The notes under the pieces are model-generated. The model saw only the letters and a list, made by a program, of their open reading frames with translations, was not told where the DNA came from and ran no database searches. Positions 48,206 to 60,000 of a stretch of 64,000 nucleotides of DNA are shown here, in pieces. The DNA comes from Clostridia bacterium (GTDB taxonomy: Bacteria > Bacillota > Clostridia > JAAYHZ01): positions 448,001 through 512,000 of the forward strand of contig JBMNIH010000004.1 of the NCBI GenBank assembly GCA_050950825.1, written 5' to 3'. The stretch's first letter is position 1, and each line of letters starts with the position of its first letter. A program made the position numbers and the translations under genes.

Positions 48206-49999
48206 ATGCATTTTTACAGGGCTCACGTGTTATGTTGTGCAGGTACAGGTTGCACATCATCGAAATCATTGGATATCATAAGTAATTTTGAAAAATATAT
48301 TAAAGAGAATCAATTGGAAAACGAAGTAAAGGTTATTAAAACCGGTTGCTTCGGCTTGTGCGCGGAAGGACCGATCGTCGTAGTATATCCGGAAGGTACC
48401 ATGTATGTTCGTGTGTCCCCGGCGGACGTGAAAGAAATCGTTGAAGAACATCTGGTAAAGGGTAGAGCGGTTCAAAGACTTTTGGCCGGTCACGACAAAA
48501 CGGCGGAAGTCAGTCAGTCGTTAGATAATATTGAATTTTTCACCCGTCAAAAGAGAATCGCTTTGAGAAACTGCGGTGTGATCAACCCGGAATGTATCGA
48601 CGAATATATTGCTCGAGACGGATATTCCGCATTGGCGAAGGTTTTGACCCAAATGACCCCGCAACAAGTCATTGATGAAGTTACCGCTTCGAACTTAAGG
48701 GGAAGAGGCGGTGCGGGATTCCCAACAGGTAGGAAATGGCAATTTGCTGCGAACTCTAAAGGAGACATTAAATACGTATGCTGTAATGCCGACGAAGGGG
48801 ACCCGGGCGCATTCATGGACAGAAGCATCTTGGAAGGAGACCCCCATTCCGTTATTGAAGCGATGACCATCGCCGGATATGCAATCGGTGCCAACCACGG
48901 TTTTATCTATATTCGTGCCGAATACCCCATCGCCGTTCAGCGTTTGAATATAGCCATCCAACAGGCCAACGAATACGGCCTTTTGGGAGAAAATATATTG
49001 GGAACCGGTTTTTCCTTTGACCTCCAAATCCGTTTGGGAGCCGGTGCTTTCGTTTGCGGTGAAGAAACCGCGTTGATGACCTCCATTGAAGGTAAAAGAG
49101 GCGAGCCTCGAGTAAGACCTCCTTTCCCGGCGGTGAAGGGATTGTTTGGAAAGCCTACGGTTTTGAATAACGTAGAAACCTATGCCAATATTCCGGTTAT
49201 CATATTAAAAGGAGCCGAATGGTTTAACACCATCGGAACCGAAAGAAGCAAGGGTACCAAGGTGTTTGCCGTCGGCGGCAATATCGTGAATACCGGTCTT
49301 GTTGAAATTGCTATGGGAACCACCTTACGCGAAATCGTTTATGATATCGGCGGCGGTATTCCCAACGGTAAAAAGTTTAAAGCGGCGCAAACCGGAGGAC
49401 CTTCCGGCGGATGCATTCCTGCCGAGCATCTGGATACGCCCATCGAATACGATACGCTGACCAAATTAGGTTCCATGATGGGATCCGGCGGATTGATCGT
49501 ATTGGACGAAGATAACTGTATGGTTGACATAGCAAAATTCTTCTTGGAATTTACCGTAGACGAATCTTGCGGAAAATGTCCTCCTTGCCGAATCGGAACC
49601 AAGCGGATGTTAGAGCTTTTGGAAAAGATTACGTCCGGTGACGGAGAAGACGGCGATATCGAAAAGCTGGAAGAGCTTGCGAAAAGCATTTCCAAATCCG
49701 CATTGTGCGGCTTAGGACAAACGGCGCCGAACCCCGTATTGAGCACTTTAAGATATTTTAGACATGAATATGAGGCCCATGTTTACGATAAGAAGTGTCC
49801 GGCAGGAGTTTGTAAGGCAATGCTGCATTACCACATTATAGCGGATAAATGTATAGGCTGCGGTTTGTGCGCAAGAAAATGCCCGACGAGTGCAATTTCC
49901 GGCGATAAAAAGCAACCTCACGTTATCGACCAATCGAAATGTATCAAATGCGGTGTATGTATGGAAAGCTGTAAGTTTGCTGCTATTTATAGAGGGTAA
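48206..49999 (+). CDS. nuoF: NADH/FMN-binding hydrogenase subunit (NuoF/HndC/HydB-like)
   Basis: LRGRGGAGFPTG, NADEGDPG, CGEETAL and ESCGKC.PCR motifs; C-terminal 2x4Fe-4S. Confidence 0.95.
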   Translation: MHFYRAHVLCCAGTGCTSSKSLDIISNFEKYIKENQLENEVKVIKTGCFGLCAEGPIVVVYPEGTMYVRVSPADVKEIVEEHLVKGRAVQRLLAGHDKTAEVSQSLDNIEFFTRQKRIALRNCGVINPECIDEYIARDGYSALAKVLTQMTPQQVIDEVTASNLRGRGGAGFPTGRKWQFAANSKGDIKYVCCNADEGDPGAFMDRSILEGDPHSVIEAMTIAGYAIGANHGFIYIRAEYPIAVQRLNIAIQQANEYGLLGENILGTGFSFDLQIRLGAGAFVCGEETALMTSIEGKRGEPRVRPPFPAVKGLFGKPTVLNNVETYANIPVIILKGAEWFNTIGTERSKGTKVFAVGGNIVNTGLVEIAMGTTLREIVYDIGGGIPNGKKFKAAQTGGPSGGCIPAEHLDTPIEYDTLTKLGSMMGSGGLIVLDEDNCMVDIAKFFLEFTVDESCGKCPPCRIGTKRMLELLEKITSGDGEDGDIEKLEELAKSISKSALCGLGQTAPNPVLSTLRYFRHEYEAHVYDKKCPAGVCKAMLHYHIIADKCIGCGLCARKCPTSAISGDKKQPHVIDQSKCIKCGVCMESCKFAAIYRG

Positions 50000-50017
50000 G
50001 AAGGAGAGGTTAAGAAT

Positions 50018-51775
50018 ATGAACATGGTGAATGTTACGATAGATGGAATCAAGGTTCAGGTCCCCGAGAATTCAACCGTTTTAGAAGCAGCCAGAATTGC
50101 AAAGGTTGACATTCCTACTCTTTGTTACTTAAAGGATATCAACGAAATCGGTGCATGCAGAATGTGCGTTGTAGACGTAGGAGCAAGAAGCTTGCAAGCT
50201 GCATGCGTATACCCGGTATCCGAAGGCCTGAATGTGAAGACCAATACAAAGGAAATCCGTGATGCCAGAAGAATCACGTTGGAATTGATTCTTTCGAGCC
50301 ACGATAGAAACTGTCTGCAGTGCGTTCGTAACAAAAGCTGCGAATTGCAGAGCTTGGCAGATAATTTGAATATACGCGAAATTCGGTATATGGGTACGGA
50401 AGAGAAGAAAAAGCCCTTGGATGATTTCTCCGCCTCCATAGTCCGTGATCCGAATAAATGTATCTTGTGCAGACGCTGTGTATCCATGTGTAAGAACGTG
50501 CAGACCGTTGCCGTCATTGATACGATGGAACGCGGATATAAAACCATTGTTTCTCCGGCTTTTGAAAAGTCCTTGAGCGAAGTGGCTTGCGTAAACTGCG
50601 GACAATGCATCAACGTATGCCCGGTAGGAGCTTTAAGTGAAAAAGGCGAAGTGGCGAAGGTATGGGAAGCTTTGGCCAACCCGGATCTCCATGTAATCGT
50701 TCAAACGGCTCCTGCGGTCAGAGCGGCCATCGGAGAAGAATTCGGATTGCCGATCGGCACAAGAGCGACGAAAAATATGGTGGCTTCTTTGAAGAAGCTT
50801 GGATTTGACAAGGTATTTGATACCAATACCGCTGCCGATTTGACCATTATGGAAGAAGGAACGGAATTGATTCACCGAATCCAAGAAGGCGGAAAGCTGC
50901 CGTTGATTACATCCTGCAGCCCCGGTTGGATCAAATTCTGCGAACATAATTTCCCGGAATTGCTTGACAACTTGTCTACCTGCAAATCTCCTCACCAAAT
51001 GTTCGGAGCCATTTTGAAGTCCTATTACGCGGATAAAATGGGTATAGATCCTTCCAAGATCTTCGTGGTATCGGTAATGCCTTGTACCGCTAAGAAGTTT
51101 GAAAGTGAACGCCCGGAAATGAATGTCAACGGACTCAAGGACGTGGATGCCGTTATCACCACAAGAGAATTGGCTACAATGATAAAAGAAGCCGGAATCA
51201 ACTTCAACGAAGTATCCGACGAGCACTTTGATGATCCGATGGGCGACGCGACCGGTGCCGGCGTTATTTTCGGTGCGACCGGCGGTGTTATGGAAGCGGC
51301 TATTCGTACCGCCTACAGGCTTTTGGAGGGTGAAGAGCTGGAAGACGTAAACATCTGTGAAGCCAGAGGCTTGGACGGCATTAAGGAATTTACCGTAAAA
51401 CTGCCGAATACCGGCATCGAGTTAAAGGCGGCCGTTGCACACGGATTAGGCAATGCTCGCAAGCTAATGGAAAAAGTTCGATCCGGTGAAGCGGACTATC
51501 ACTTCATCGAAGTGATGGCATGCCCCGGCGGTTGCGTAAACGGCGGAGGACAGCCCATTCAACCGGCAAGCGTAAGAAACTGCATTGATTTAAGAGCCGA
51601 AAGAGCCAAAGCTATCTACGAAGAAGACGAAGCTTCCGTATTGAGAAGATCTCATGAAAATCCGACCATACAGAAGCTGTATGCGGAATTTTTGGGTCAG
51701 CCTTGCGGGGAAAAATCCCATCACTTGCTGCATACCCATTACGTCAAACGGGATTTATATCCTACGGAAGATTAA
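50018..51775 (+). CDS. NADH-dependent [FeFe]-hydrogenase catalytic subunit (group A, HndD/HydA)
   Basis: TSCSPGW, MPCTAKKFE and EVMACPGGCVNGGGQP motifs; N-terminal Fe-S domains; HHLLHTHY. Confidence 0.95.
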   Translation: MNMVNVTIDGIKVQVPENSTVLEAARIAKVDIPTLCYLKDINEIGACRMCVVDVGARSLQAACVYPVSEGLNVKTNTKEIRDARRITLELILSSHDRNCLQCVRNKSCELQSLADNLNIREIRYMGTEEKKKPLDDFSASIVRDPNKCILCRRCVSMCKNVQTVAVIDTMERGYKTIVSPAFEKSLSEVACVNCGQCINVCPVGALSEKGEVAKVWEALANPDLHVIVQTAPAVRAAIGEEFGLPIGTRATKNMVASLKKLGFDKVFDTNTAADLTIMEEGTELIHRIQEGGKLPLITSCSPGWIKFCEHNFPELLDNLSTCKSPHQMFGAILKSYYADKMGIDPSKIFVVSVMPCTAKKFESERPEMNVNGLKDVDAVITTRELATMIKEAGINFNEVSDEHFDDPMGDATGAGVIFGATGGVMEAAIRTAYRLLEGEELEDVNICEARGLDGIKEFTVKLPNTGIELKAAVAHGLGNARKLMEKVRSGEADYHFIEVMACPGGCVNGGGQPIQPASVRNCIDLRAERAKAIYEEDEASVLRRSHENPTIQKLYAEFLGQPCGEKSHHLLHTHYVKRDLYPTED

Positions 51776-51825
51776 AATCGCAAAAAACGCAATCAACAAA
51801 GCAATTGTTTAAACATACCAACCAC

Positions 51826-51868
51826 AAAGAAAGGGTTATTTCCTAAAAAGGAATAACCTTTTCTTTTT
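51826..51868. terminator. Bidirectional terminator
   Basis: aaagaaagggttatt...aataaccttttcttt between convergent genes. Confidence 0.75.
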
Positions 51869-51884
51869 AATTTTTTTATAGGGT

Positions 51885-53000
51885 TTAACGGCGGAACAGG
51901 GAGGCAAGCCGGCGGAGGCGCGGCAAGCATTGATCGAAAAAGGATCGGTAGGAACTGCAGTAGATGTTCAATCCGGGTTTTCCTTCCGTGAAAGGTTCTC
52001 TGTAGCGTTTGCATCCGCCTCGGCATACGGGATAAAAAGGACATGCCCGGCAAGCCGGATCCACATGAAAGGATTCTTTGATAAAAGCTTGGGCTTGAGG
52101 GGATTGAAAAAGCTCATCGATGGAAAGGTCTTTAATGTTTCCCATGCAACAGCGGTCGATGCAGTAAAAGTCGCAGGGATATACGTTCCCGTTTCCTTCC
52201 ACCACGAACTGGCAAGCACAAATTCCGGACATGCCGCAGGATTCGGGAGGTTGACCCATGAGCATTTGAACCAAATTGTCAAAATAGCGAATGCTGACAT
52301 ATTGATTTTCCGTTGCCGATTTGTAGTACAGATCGAAAAGCTGTATAAGGAATTTTTCGTAAAGCTCGGGAGTCAGCGAATAAGGATTTTGTCCTTGGAC
52401 TTGCTCCAAAGGATCCAAACAGGGTATGAACTGCAGATATCGAAAGCCGTTCTTTTTGAAAAAGTTAAAGACCTTTTGGATATGCTGTGCAACCGCCTTA
52501 TTCACTACCGTCAATATGTTATACTCCGCCCCGTGTTTGTCCAAAATTTCGATGCCTCTCATAACACGGTTAAAGCTACCCGATTGGCGTCCGTCTTTTC
52601 GATTTAAATCGTGAATTTCTTTCGGTCCGTCTAAGGAAACCCCGATAAGGAACCGGTGCTCTGCCAAAAAAGACGCCCAATTCTCATCGATTAAGGTCCC
52701 GTTGGTTTGTATAACATATTGAACCGTTATATTTCTATCGTTGTATTTTTCCACCGTTTTAATAAGGGTTTCGTAAAATTCTAAACCCGCTAAAAAAGGT
52801 TCTCCCCCTTGAAAGGCGAACAAAACGGAATCCGCACCGGATGCCAAGGCTTTTGAAACCGTGCTTTCCATAATATCTTCGGACATAATGCCGAAATTTC
52901 CGGCTTCCCGTATGGAGGTGAGATCATGGTAAAAGCAGTAGCTGCACCTTAGGTTGCAGTGCCCGGACGCCGGTTTAATCAACAAGCTTAAATTCTTCAT
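51885..53000 (-). CDS. Anaerobic sulfatase-maturating enzyme (radical SAM/SPASM)
   Basis: IKPASGHCNLRCSYCFY, FQGGEP, QTNG, SLDGP, YPCDFY and CxxC..CxGGC motifs. Confidence 0.92.
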   Translation of the reverse strand: MKNLSLLIKPASGHCNLRCSYCFYHDLTSIREAGNFGIMSEDIMESTVSKALASGADSVLFAFQGGEPFLAGLEFYETLIKTVEKYNDRNITVQYVIQTNGTLIDENWASFLAEHRFLIGVSLDGPKEIHDLNRKDGRQSGSFNRVMRGIEILDKHGAEYNILTVVNKAVAQHIQKVFNFFKKNGFRYLQFIPCLDPLEQVQGQNPYSLTPELYEKFLIQLFDLYYKSATENQYVSIRYFDNLVQMLMGQPPESCGMSGICACQFVVEGNGNVYPCDFYCIDRCCMGNIKDLSIDELFQSPQAQAFIKESFHVDPACRACPFYPVCRGGCKRYREPFTEGKPGLNIYCSSYRSFFDQCLPRLRRLASLFRR

Positions 53001-53056
53001 ACCTTTTCAACCTTTCTTTTACCCATGGTTTTCACGGCGAATATCCGTTCTTATGC

Positions 53057-53266
53057 AAAAACAATGAGTCGGAGGGGGGTCCGACTCATTTACTATAGAG
53101 GCAGTCGTATTCGGTTAAGGAGGATAGCTAACGAAACGGCAAAATAAGACGGGTCATCTTCTAAGGGGAAAATATTTAAAGGCTTAAGATATTAAGGACA
53201 TGACCGTTTCGCCTCAGTTACAATATTCGACTTTGTAACACCCGATAATACTCACCTCTACAACCT
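53057..53266 (-). ncRNA. Candidate structured small RNA or leader RNA (~210 nt)
   Basis: Minus-strand TTGACT-16-TATAAT promoter (53273-53300), self-pairing ends, terminator atgagtcgga/tccgactcat plus U-run. Confidence 0.55.
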
Positions 53267-53542
53267 GAATTTATTATATCCTAACTGTAAAAAAAGTCAA
53301 CGTGAAATTCATGTATAGCTCTATAGATTTACGCCGGAAAGCATGATAAAATCATCGATAATCCGGAAGAAAGGCGGGAAAGCCAAGGATTTTCATTTGG
53401 GAAATCGGAGAATATTGTGAAAAGCAAGGAAAAGGGTATGCATGTCAGGGTTTATGTGTTATAATTTAAATAATATAATATAAACTATAATAATTTTAAT
53501 ATTAAATCAAAGCGGAATAAATTTTTGGACAAGGTGGAGTAT

Positions 53543-54940
53543 ATGACCGAAAGAACAGAAATAAAACAACTATTTAAGAATTACCAAGAATGGAACGGTA
53601 GAGTATTTCATGTTACGGGATGGGTTCGAACCATCCGAAGCTCCAGTGCAATCGGATTTATCGAATTAAACGACGGATCGTATTTTCGCAACGTACAAGT
53701 TGTATTTGAAAATGATAAAATAGAAAATTTCAAGGAAGTAGAGAAGCTGAATGTGGGAGCTTCCATTCGGGTAACCGGTGTTTTGGAAGTTACCGTCAAT
53801 ATGAAGCAGCCTTTTGAATTAAAAGCAAGAGAAATCATTATCGAAGGCGAAAGCTCACCCGCTTATCCTCTGCAGAAAAAAAGACATTCCTTTGAATATT
53901 TAAGAACCATTGCGCACCTTCGACCTCGAACCAATACTTTCTCGGCGGTATTTCGCGTGCGCTCGATCATGTCTCACGCAATTCATACTTTCTTCCAAGA
54001 TCGAGGCTTTGTTTATGTGCACACTCCCATCATTACCGGCAGCGATTGCGAAGGAGCCGGTGAAATGTTCCGAGTGACAACCTTGGACCCTGAAAATCCG
54101 CCCAGAGACAAGGAAGGGAAGGTGGATTTTTCAAAAGACTTTTTCGGAACGCTTACCGGATTGACCGTCAGCGGGCAATTGAACGTAGAGGCCTTTTGCA
54201 TGGCCTTCGGAAAAGTCTATACCTTCGGTCCCACTTTCCGTGCGGAAAACTCCAATACGGCAAGACACGCATCGGAATTCTGGATGATCGAACCGGAAAT
54301 GGCCTTCGCCGAGCTTGAAGACGACATGAATTTAGGGGAGGAAATGCTGAAGTACATTATCCGTTATGTTCTGGACCATGCTCCCGAAGAAATGGAATTC
54401 TTCAACAGCTTCATCGATAAAGGCTTGTTTGAGCGGTTGGATAATGTGTTGGAATCGAAATTTGACCGCATTACCTATACGGATGCCATACAAATTTTAA
54501 AGGATTCGAAGAAGGAATTTGAAAATCCGGTTTTCTGGGGCTGTGACCTGCAAACGGAACATGAACGCTTCCTTGCGGAAGAATACTGCAAAAAGCCGGT
54601 TTTCGTTACGAACTATCCGAAAGAAATCAAAGCTTTCTATATGAGGCTGAACGACGACGGAAAAACCGTTGCCGCCATGGACTTGTTGGTTCCCGGTGTC
54701 GGCGAAATTATCGGCGGAAGCCAAAGAGAAGAACGCTTGGAGGTATTGGAAGGAACCATAAAGCGCCTTGGAATGAATATCGAAGATTATTGGTGGTATA
54801 ACGATTTAAGAAGATACGGTACCGTTAAGCATTGTGGATTCGGGTTAGGTTTTGAAAGAGCCATGATGTATATGACAGGTATGACCAATATTCGTGACGT
54901 GATACCTTACCCGAGAACACCCAAATCGGCAGACTTTTAA
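53543..54940 (+). CDS. asnS: Asparagine--tRNA ligase
   Basis: [46 protein letters not shown] and GFGLGFER motifs. Confidence 0.97.
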   Translation: MTERTEIKQLFKNYQEWNGRVFHVTGWVRTIRSSSAIGFIELNDGSYFRNVQVVFENDKIENFKEVEKLNVGASIRVTGVLEVTVNMKQPFELKAREIIIEGESSPAYPLQKKRHSFEYLRTIAHLRPRTNTFSAVFRVRSIMSHAIHTFFQDRGFVYVHTPIITGSDCEGAGEMFRVTTLDPENPPRDKEGKVDFSKDFFGTLTGLTVSGQLNVEAFCMAFGKVYTFGPTFRAENSNTARHASEFWMIEPEMAFAELEDDMNLGEEMLKYIIRYVLDHAPEEMEFFNSFIDKGLFERLDNVLESKFDRITYTDAIQILKDSKKEFENPVFWGCDLQTEHERFLAEEYCKKPVFVTNYPKEIKAFYMRLNDDGKTVAAMDLLVPGVGEIIGGSQREERLEVLEGTIKRLGMNIEDYWWYNDLRRYGTVKHCGFGLGFERAMMYMTGMTNIRDVIPYPRTPKSADF

Positions 54941-54984
54941 TGGTTATTATACAAGCAAAAAAATTTAAAAATGGAGGTAGCAAC

Positions 54985-55359
54985 ATGAACGAATTAGTGA
55001 ACACGAAAGCAATGGATACCGTGAAGATTGCGGATGAAGTGGTAGCGACCATTGCCGGTATTACTGCGTTGGAAGTGGAAAATATTACATTGAACGCAGG
55101 CGGCGGATTATTAAGCAAAAAAACATCTGCGAAAGGTGTGAAGGTGGAGTCAAAAGAAGACGGTCTGCATCTGTATATGAATGCAACGGTAAAATACGGT
55201 TGCAAAATTCATATCGTCGCACAAACGCTGCAACAAAGAGTTCGTAAAGCCGTTGAAGATATGACGGGATTAAACGTCGTATCCGTTAATGTCAATGTTA
55301 CCAATATCATTGAAGAAGAATTACCTGCAGAAACCCACAAGGAAAACAATGATGAATAG
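54985..55359 (+). CDS. Asp23/Gls24-family envelope stress protein
   Basis: VKIADEVVATIAG..A.EV, KGVKVE and MTGL.V..VNVNV motifs; GGAGG RBS. Confidence 0.9.
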   Translation: MNELVNTKAMDTVKIADEVVATIAGITALEVENITLNAGGGLLSKKTSAKGVKVESKEDGLHLYMNATVKYGCKIHIVAQTLQQRVRKAVEDMTGLNVVSVNVNVTNIIEEELPAETHKENNDE

Positions 55360-55376
55360 GTTAAACGTACCATTCT

Positions 55377-55402
55377 CCTCCCTCCTTATCGGAGGGGTTT
55401 TT
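55377..55402 (+). terminator. Probable terminator
   Basis: ccctcc-ttatc-ggaggg followed by a T-run. Confidence 0.6.
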
Positions 55403-55548
55403 TATTCGTATTTCATTGTTTCGCCGATGCTGTGCTATAATAAAACGGATAAAGCTTTCGGAATGAACCGAAAGATAAACGAAACGGGCAAAAGCGTCAT
55501 ATGAAGGAGGCTTTCGCTCTTTATAATAATAAACGGAGGTACCGATTC

Positions 55549-57009
55549 ATGTCCGATCAAAGACCGAACGTTGTATTGATTATGGCCGACCAACTACGAG
55601 CCGACTGTTTAGGTTGTTACGGAAACAAGGCCGTTGAAACGGAATACATCGACTATTTGGCATCGGAGGGCACCTTGTTTGAAAACGCCTACAGCCCCAG
55701 CCCTTCCTGTATTCCTGCAAGAACCTGTTTGATGACCGGAATGACTCCTTGGAACACCGGTATCTTGGGTATGGGGGAAGGCCAAGGAAGAGTGACCACG
55801 GGTTTTGCCCATACGCTCCCGGGCGAGCTTTCGAATGCCGGTTATCATACGCAAGGTGTAGGAAAGATGCATTTTTCCCCCCAACGATCTCTAAACGGAT
55901 TCCATCATACGGTTCTCGACGAATCCTTACGTAAAGAAGACAAGAATTTTAAATCGGATTATCATGAATGGTTCGAAAAAAACAGAACCGGAGATTACGG
56001 TCCCGTTGACCACGGGATTTCTTTCAATTCTTGGATGGCAAGGCCCTTCCAAGCACCGGAATTTCTTCATCCTACCAATTGGACCGTAAACCAAGCCATT
56101 TCCTTTTTGGAACGTAGAGATCCTTCCAAGCCCTTCTTTTTGAAAGTTTCCTTCGCACGTCCCCACTCTCCTTATGATCCTCCCTTATGGTATTACGAAA
56201 AGTACAAAAGCAAAGATTTGCCCTTGCCGTATATAGGGGATTGGGCTCATATCCACGACGATGAAAGATTTGCGAAAAATCCGGATGCATGGCACGGACG
56301 GCTTCCCATAGAAAAGGTGATGGAGGCCCGTGCCGGGTACTACGGATCCATTCATCATATCGATCACCAAATCGGTAGATTGATGCAGTTTATGTCTCGG
56401 TACATGAAAAGCGAAATGAACAATACCATGTTCATCTTTACTTCCGACCACGGTGACATGTTAGGGGATCACCACATGTGGAGAAAAACATACGCTTACG
56501 AAGGCTCCGCCCGCATCCCTCTCATTGTGAAGCTGCCTTCGAGCATGAAAATAAAACAGGCGGAAATATGCGATAAACCGGTCACCTTATACGACATCAT
56601 GCCTACCGTTTTGGACCTTGTCGGAGCTCCCATTCCTTCTACGGTAAACGGGGCGAGTCTTTTGCCTTTGACACAAGGCAAGGATGCTCCTTGGAGAGAC
56701 GTGGTTCACGGCGAGCACAGCGCCTGCTATTCAAAAGAAGAAGAAATGCAATTTGTTACCGACGGGAAATTCAAATACATATGGTTCCCGAGAACGGGTA
56801 GAGAGCAGTTCTTCCGATTGACGGAGGACCGTTCCGAAAGCAAGGACTTGATTCATGACCCGAGCTATTCCGACGTTATATGTCGCTACAGGAGCCGGCT
56901 GATTGAAATATTGAGAGAAAGAAACATAGGGCTCACCGACGAGAACGGTCTTACCGTTCAGTCGAAGCCTATCGTTTCACCGGAATATGCAAAAAGGGTT
57001 AAAACATAA
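55549..57009 (+). CDS. Cys-type formylglycine-dependent sulfatase
   Basis: PNVVLIMADQ, CIPAR (CxPxR), GKMH, PHSPY and SDHG motifs. Confidence 0.93.
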   Translation: MSDQRPNVVLIMADQLRADCLGCYGNKAVETEYIDYLASEGTLFENAYSPSPSCIPARTCLMTGMTPWNTGILGMGEGQGRVTTGFAHTLPGELSNAGYHTQGVGKMHFSPQRSLNGFHHTVLDESLRKEDKNFKSDYHEWFEKNRTGDYGPVDHGISFNSWMARPFQAPEFLHPTNWTVNQAISFLERRDPSKPFFLKVSFARPHSPYDPPLWYYEKYKSKDLPLPYIGDWAHIHDDERFAKNPDAWHGRLPIEKVMEARAGYYGSIHHIDHQIGRLMQFMSRYMKSEMNNTMFIFTSDHGDMLGDHHMWRKTYAYEGSARIPLIVKLPSSMKIKQAEICDKPVTLYDIMPTVLDLVGAPIPSTVNGASLLPLTQGKDAPWRDVVHGEHSACYSKEEEMQFVTDGKFKYIWFPRTGREQFFRLTEDRSESKDLIHDPSYSDVICRYRSRLIEILRERNIGLTDENGLTVQSKPIVSPEYAKRVKT

Positions 57010-57037
57010 CTTGATAAATATAAAGGGAGAAGTAAAA

Positions 57038-60000
57038 ATGCACGGCGGTAATTATTTTAACGAAAACAAAAAGTCAATCATTCGCTCCAACATCGAAAAG
57101 TATGCTTGGGCAAAAGAACTGGCGGCACAAACGACGGAAAAAGCGGACAGAATGCTGAAATTCGGGAAAAGGTTTTGGTGGACTCTACCCACTCCCCAAG
57201 AGCTTCCGAGAAGCTCCAACCCTTGCCAAACGAATTACGGCTGTCCCGTATGCGGAGAAGAGATTCTTTTAAAATACGGAGCTACCGGTTGGATTCATTT
57301 GATCGAGGACAACCCGTGGAAAACCCAATGCCCGAACTGTAAAAGCATCTTTCCCGCTAACGACTTTAAAAGTTATTATGAAAGCGGTCTGGACGAGCGG
57401 GGAATTTTCCGAAAAGAATTGGCGGACAAATCTTTCTTAGTCAATACGCTTTATCCCGACAAAGGCGAAGACTATTTTGTCGACGACGGGACCGGATATA
57501 CGGATGCCAACGGAATCTTTTGGTCCTTTATACCTCAATATATCCACTATGCCATCTGGTTGGACGTCCACAACATCGGCGGAACCGATAACGGATTCAT
57601 AACCAACGGGCTGAAGCATTTGAGCGAGGCTTGGATCTATACCGGGGATTTAAAATACGCCTTGTACGTATTGATGATTCTGTACAAGGTATCCATGGTA
57701 TATCCGGATATGGACTTAAATCTTTACATGAGACTTCCCGGGCGGCCCTATCGAAACAGCGACGGATTTTCGCTGCAAGGTAAAGTCGTCGGCAGCATTT
57801 GGGAAACCTTCTCCGCACGTATTTTCTGTTATGCCGCCGATGCGGTGCTGCCGGTGCTGAGAGAATATCCCCAAGAAGTTACAAGCTTTTTTAAGGACGT
57901 TTATCCCACGGATCCCGAAACCATTGAAAAATCCATATTAGACGGAATTGTACGTCAAGTGTACAAGGAAATTAAAAACGCTCGTATCGCAGGCAATGAA
58001 GGAATGCACCAATCCGCTTTGGCAATGGCCGCCGTATGTATGGGCCTTTGCGACGAATCGAGAGAATGGCTCGATTTTCTGTTCAAACCCGGAAAACGGA
58101 TTTTGGAACAGGATCCGATTATGGGCTTAAAAGGTTACTTTACCGGATGCAACGTTTTCGGTGTTTTGGAAAACAAGGTGAACGGCGACGGGTTAGGCGA
58201 CGAATGCTCTCTTATGTACAACCGCTTATGGATGGTGGAATTCGCTCGTTTAGCGGATATCTTGTCCGCTTACCCGGGTATAGCGGGATCGAAGTACGAT
58301 TTGAAAACCCATCCCGTCATGAAAAAAATGTATAAAAGCTACGTTCCTTTCGTAATCGACAACGATTATATACCGAAAACCGGAGATACGGGAAAAACGG
58401 GCAACCCGATGAAGGTATTCGACGGAGACAACCTGCAAAAGTTTTTATGGGACGGCTACCGGGTGACGAAGGATAAAGGCATTTTGGATCTTTTTAATAT
58501 ATCTTATCCTATGGCGAAAGAAGGCACATTCGGCTTTATTGACATTGAAAACCCGGAAGAAGCCGCAAGAATATTGCAAGAAGCCAAAGATCCGAAATCT
58601 CCCATGCACGAAAGGTCCCATAACATGACCGATTACGGAAACGCTCTGCTAAGGCAAAGGGTAAGACACGGATGCAATGTTCATATGTACTACGGCCGTA
58701 CCATGGGACACGGGCATTTGGATAAAATGAATTTCGAGATTATCGCCTACGGTATGAATTTTTCTCCCGACCACGGCTACCCGGAATATGCGGAAAACAT
58801 ACCTAGTCGATACGAATGGACCTCCAATACCGTAAGCCATAACACGGTCATGGTAGACCGAGCCGGGCAACTCAACACCAAGTATGCGGGAATCCCCTTA
58901 GGATACGAGGACGGAAAAAACATCAAATTTATCGATGCGGAAGACGTGAAGGCTTACGAGCAAGTGTCCATGTATCGGCGAACCCTGTGCCTTGTGGATA
59001 TTACCCCCGATAAGGCCTATATCGTGGATTTTTTCCGCGTGGCGGGAGGATCACGGCATGAAATCTCCTTCCACGGCGGAGAAGGAGAGGTTAAGATAAA
59101 GGGAGTCAGACTCATCGATCAACCTTCCGGAACCTTAAAAGGAGAAGACGTGCCTTACGGAGAAGTGAAAGGCTTCCAAAAAGGAGGAGGAAGAAAACGA
59201 GGGGACGGCTATTCCTTCTTGTATGATGTTCGAAAATCCGAAGTGCCCACCGATTATGTGGAGCTGACCTATGAACTGAAGGACACTTGGGGAATGCTTA
59301 CGGATAAGAACGCTAAGCCTTATTTAAAGGTCTACATGCCCGGAAGAAAGCATCGAACGGTGATAGCCAAAGGAAAGCCTCCTACAAACAAAATCGGAAA
59401 CCCGAAATTTTTGTACTATTACTTAGGAGAAAGAAAAGGAAACGATCTGAAAAGCCGATTTGTATCCGTTTACGAGCCCTTCTTAAATGAAGGCTTCATT
59501 CGGTCGGCGGAATTGTCGCCCGTCAATAACGAAAAAGAATCCTTTGAAAGAGGCTGTGTGAAGATAACCCTTTTGGACGGGTCCGTGGATTATGTAATTC
59601 ATTCCGTTGACGATGTGGAAATGAACATCAATAACATCGTAACCTTCCAAGGCCGCTTTGGCTTTTTGAGGGTGAAGGACGGAAAAGTGAAGAAAGCCTT
59701 TATGTGGAGAGGAAGCCGTTTGGCATATAACGGCAATACTTTACTTGAGATGAACAAGCCTTTCATAACGGGAACGGTGAAGGATTTTCAAAAGGAAATC
59801 AGCGACGAGCATTGGGTCGATTTGGTATTGGAGAAGCCCATCGACTCTTTGGAGGATGTTATAGGACGGTACGTTTATATCGACGGAAACGATGTGGGCA
59901 ATGCCGTATACGAGATCTTAGGCGTGGAAAAAACCCGTGAACCGAATACCTATCGATTCAACACCGCAGCCTCACCGGTGCGAGGATACGTTGACGATTG

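Noticed and set aside
53300-53542. Possible T-box upstream of asnS
   Set aside because: No AAnnnGGGTGGnACC T-box motif or terminator on the plus strand.
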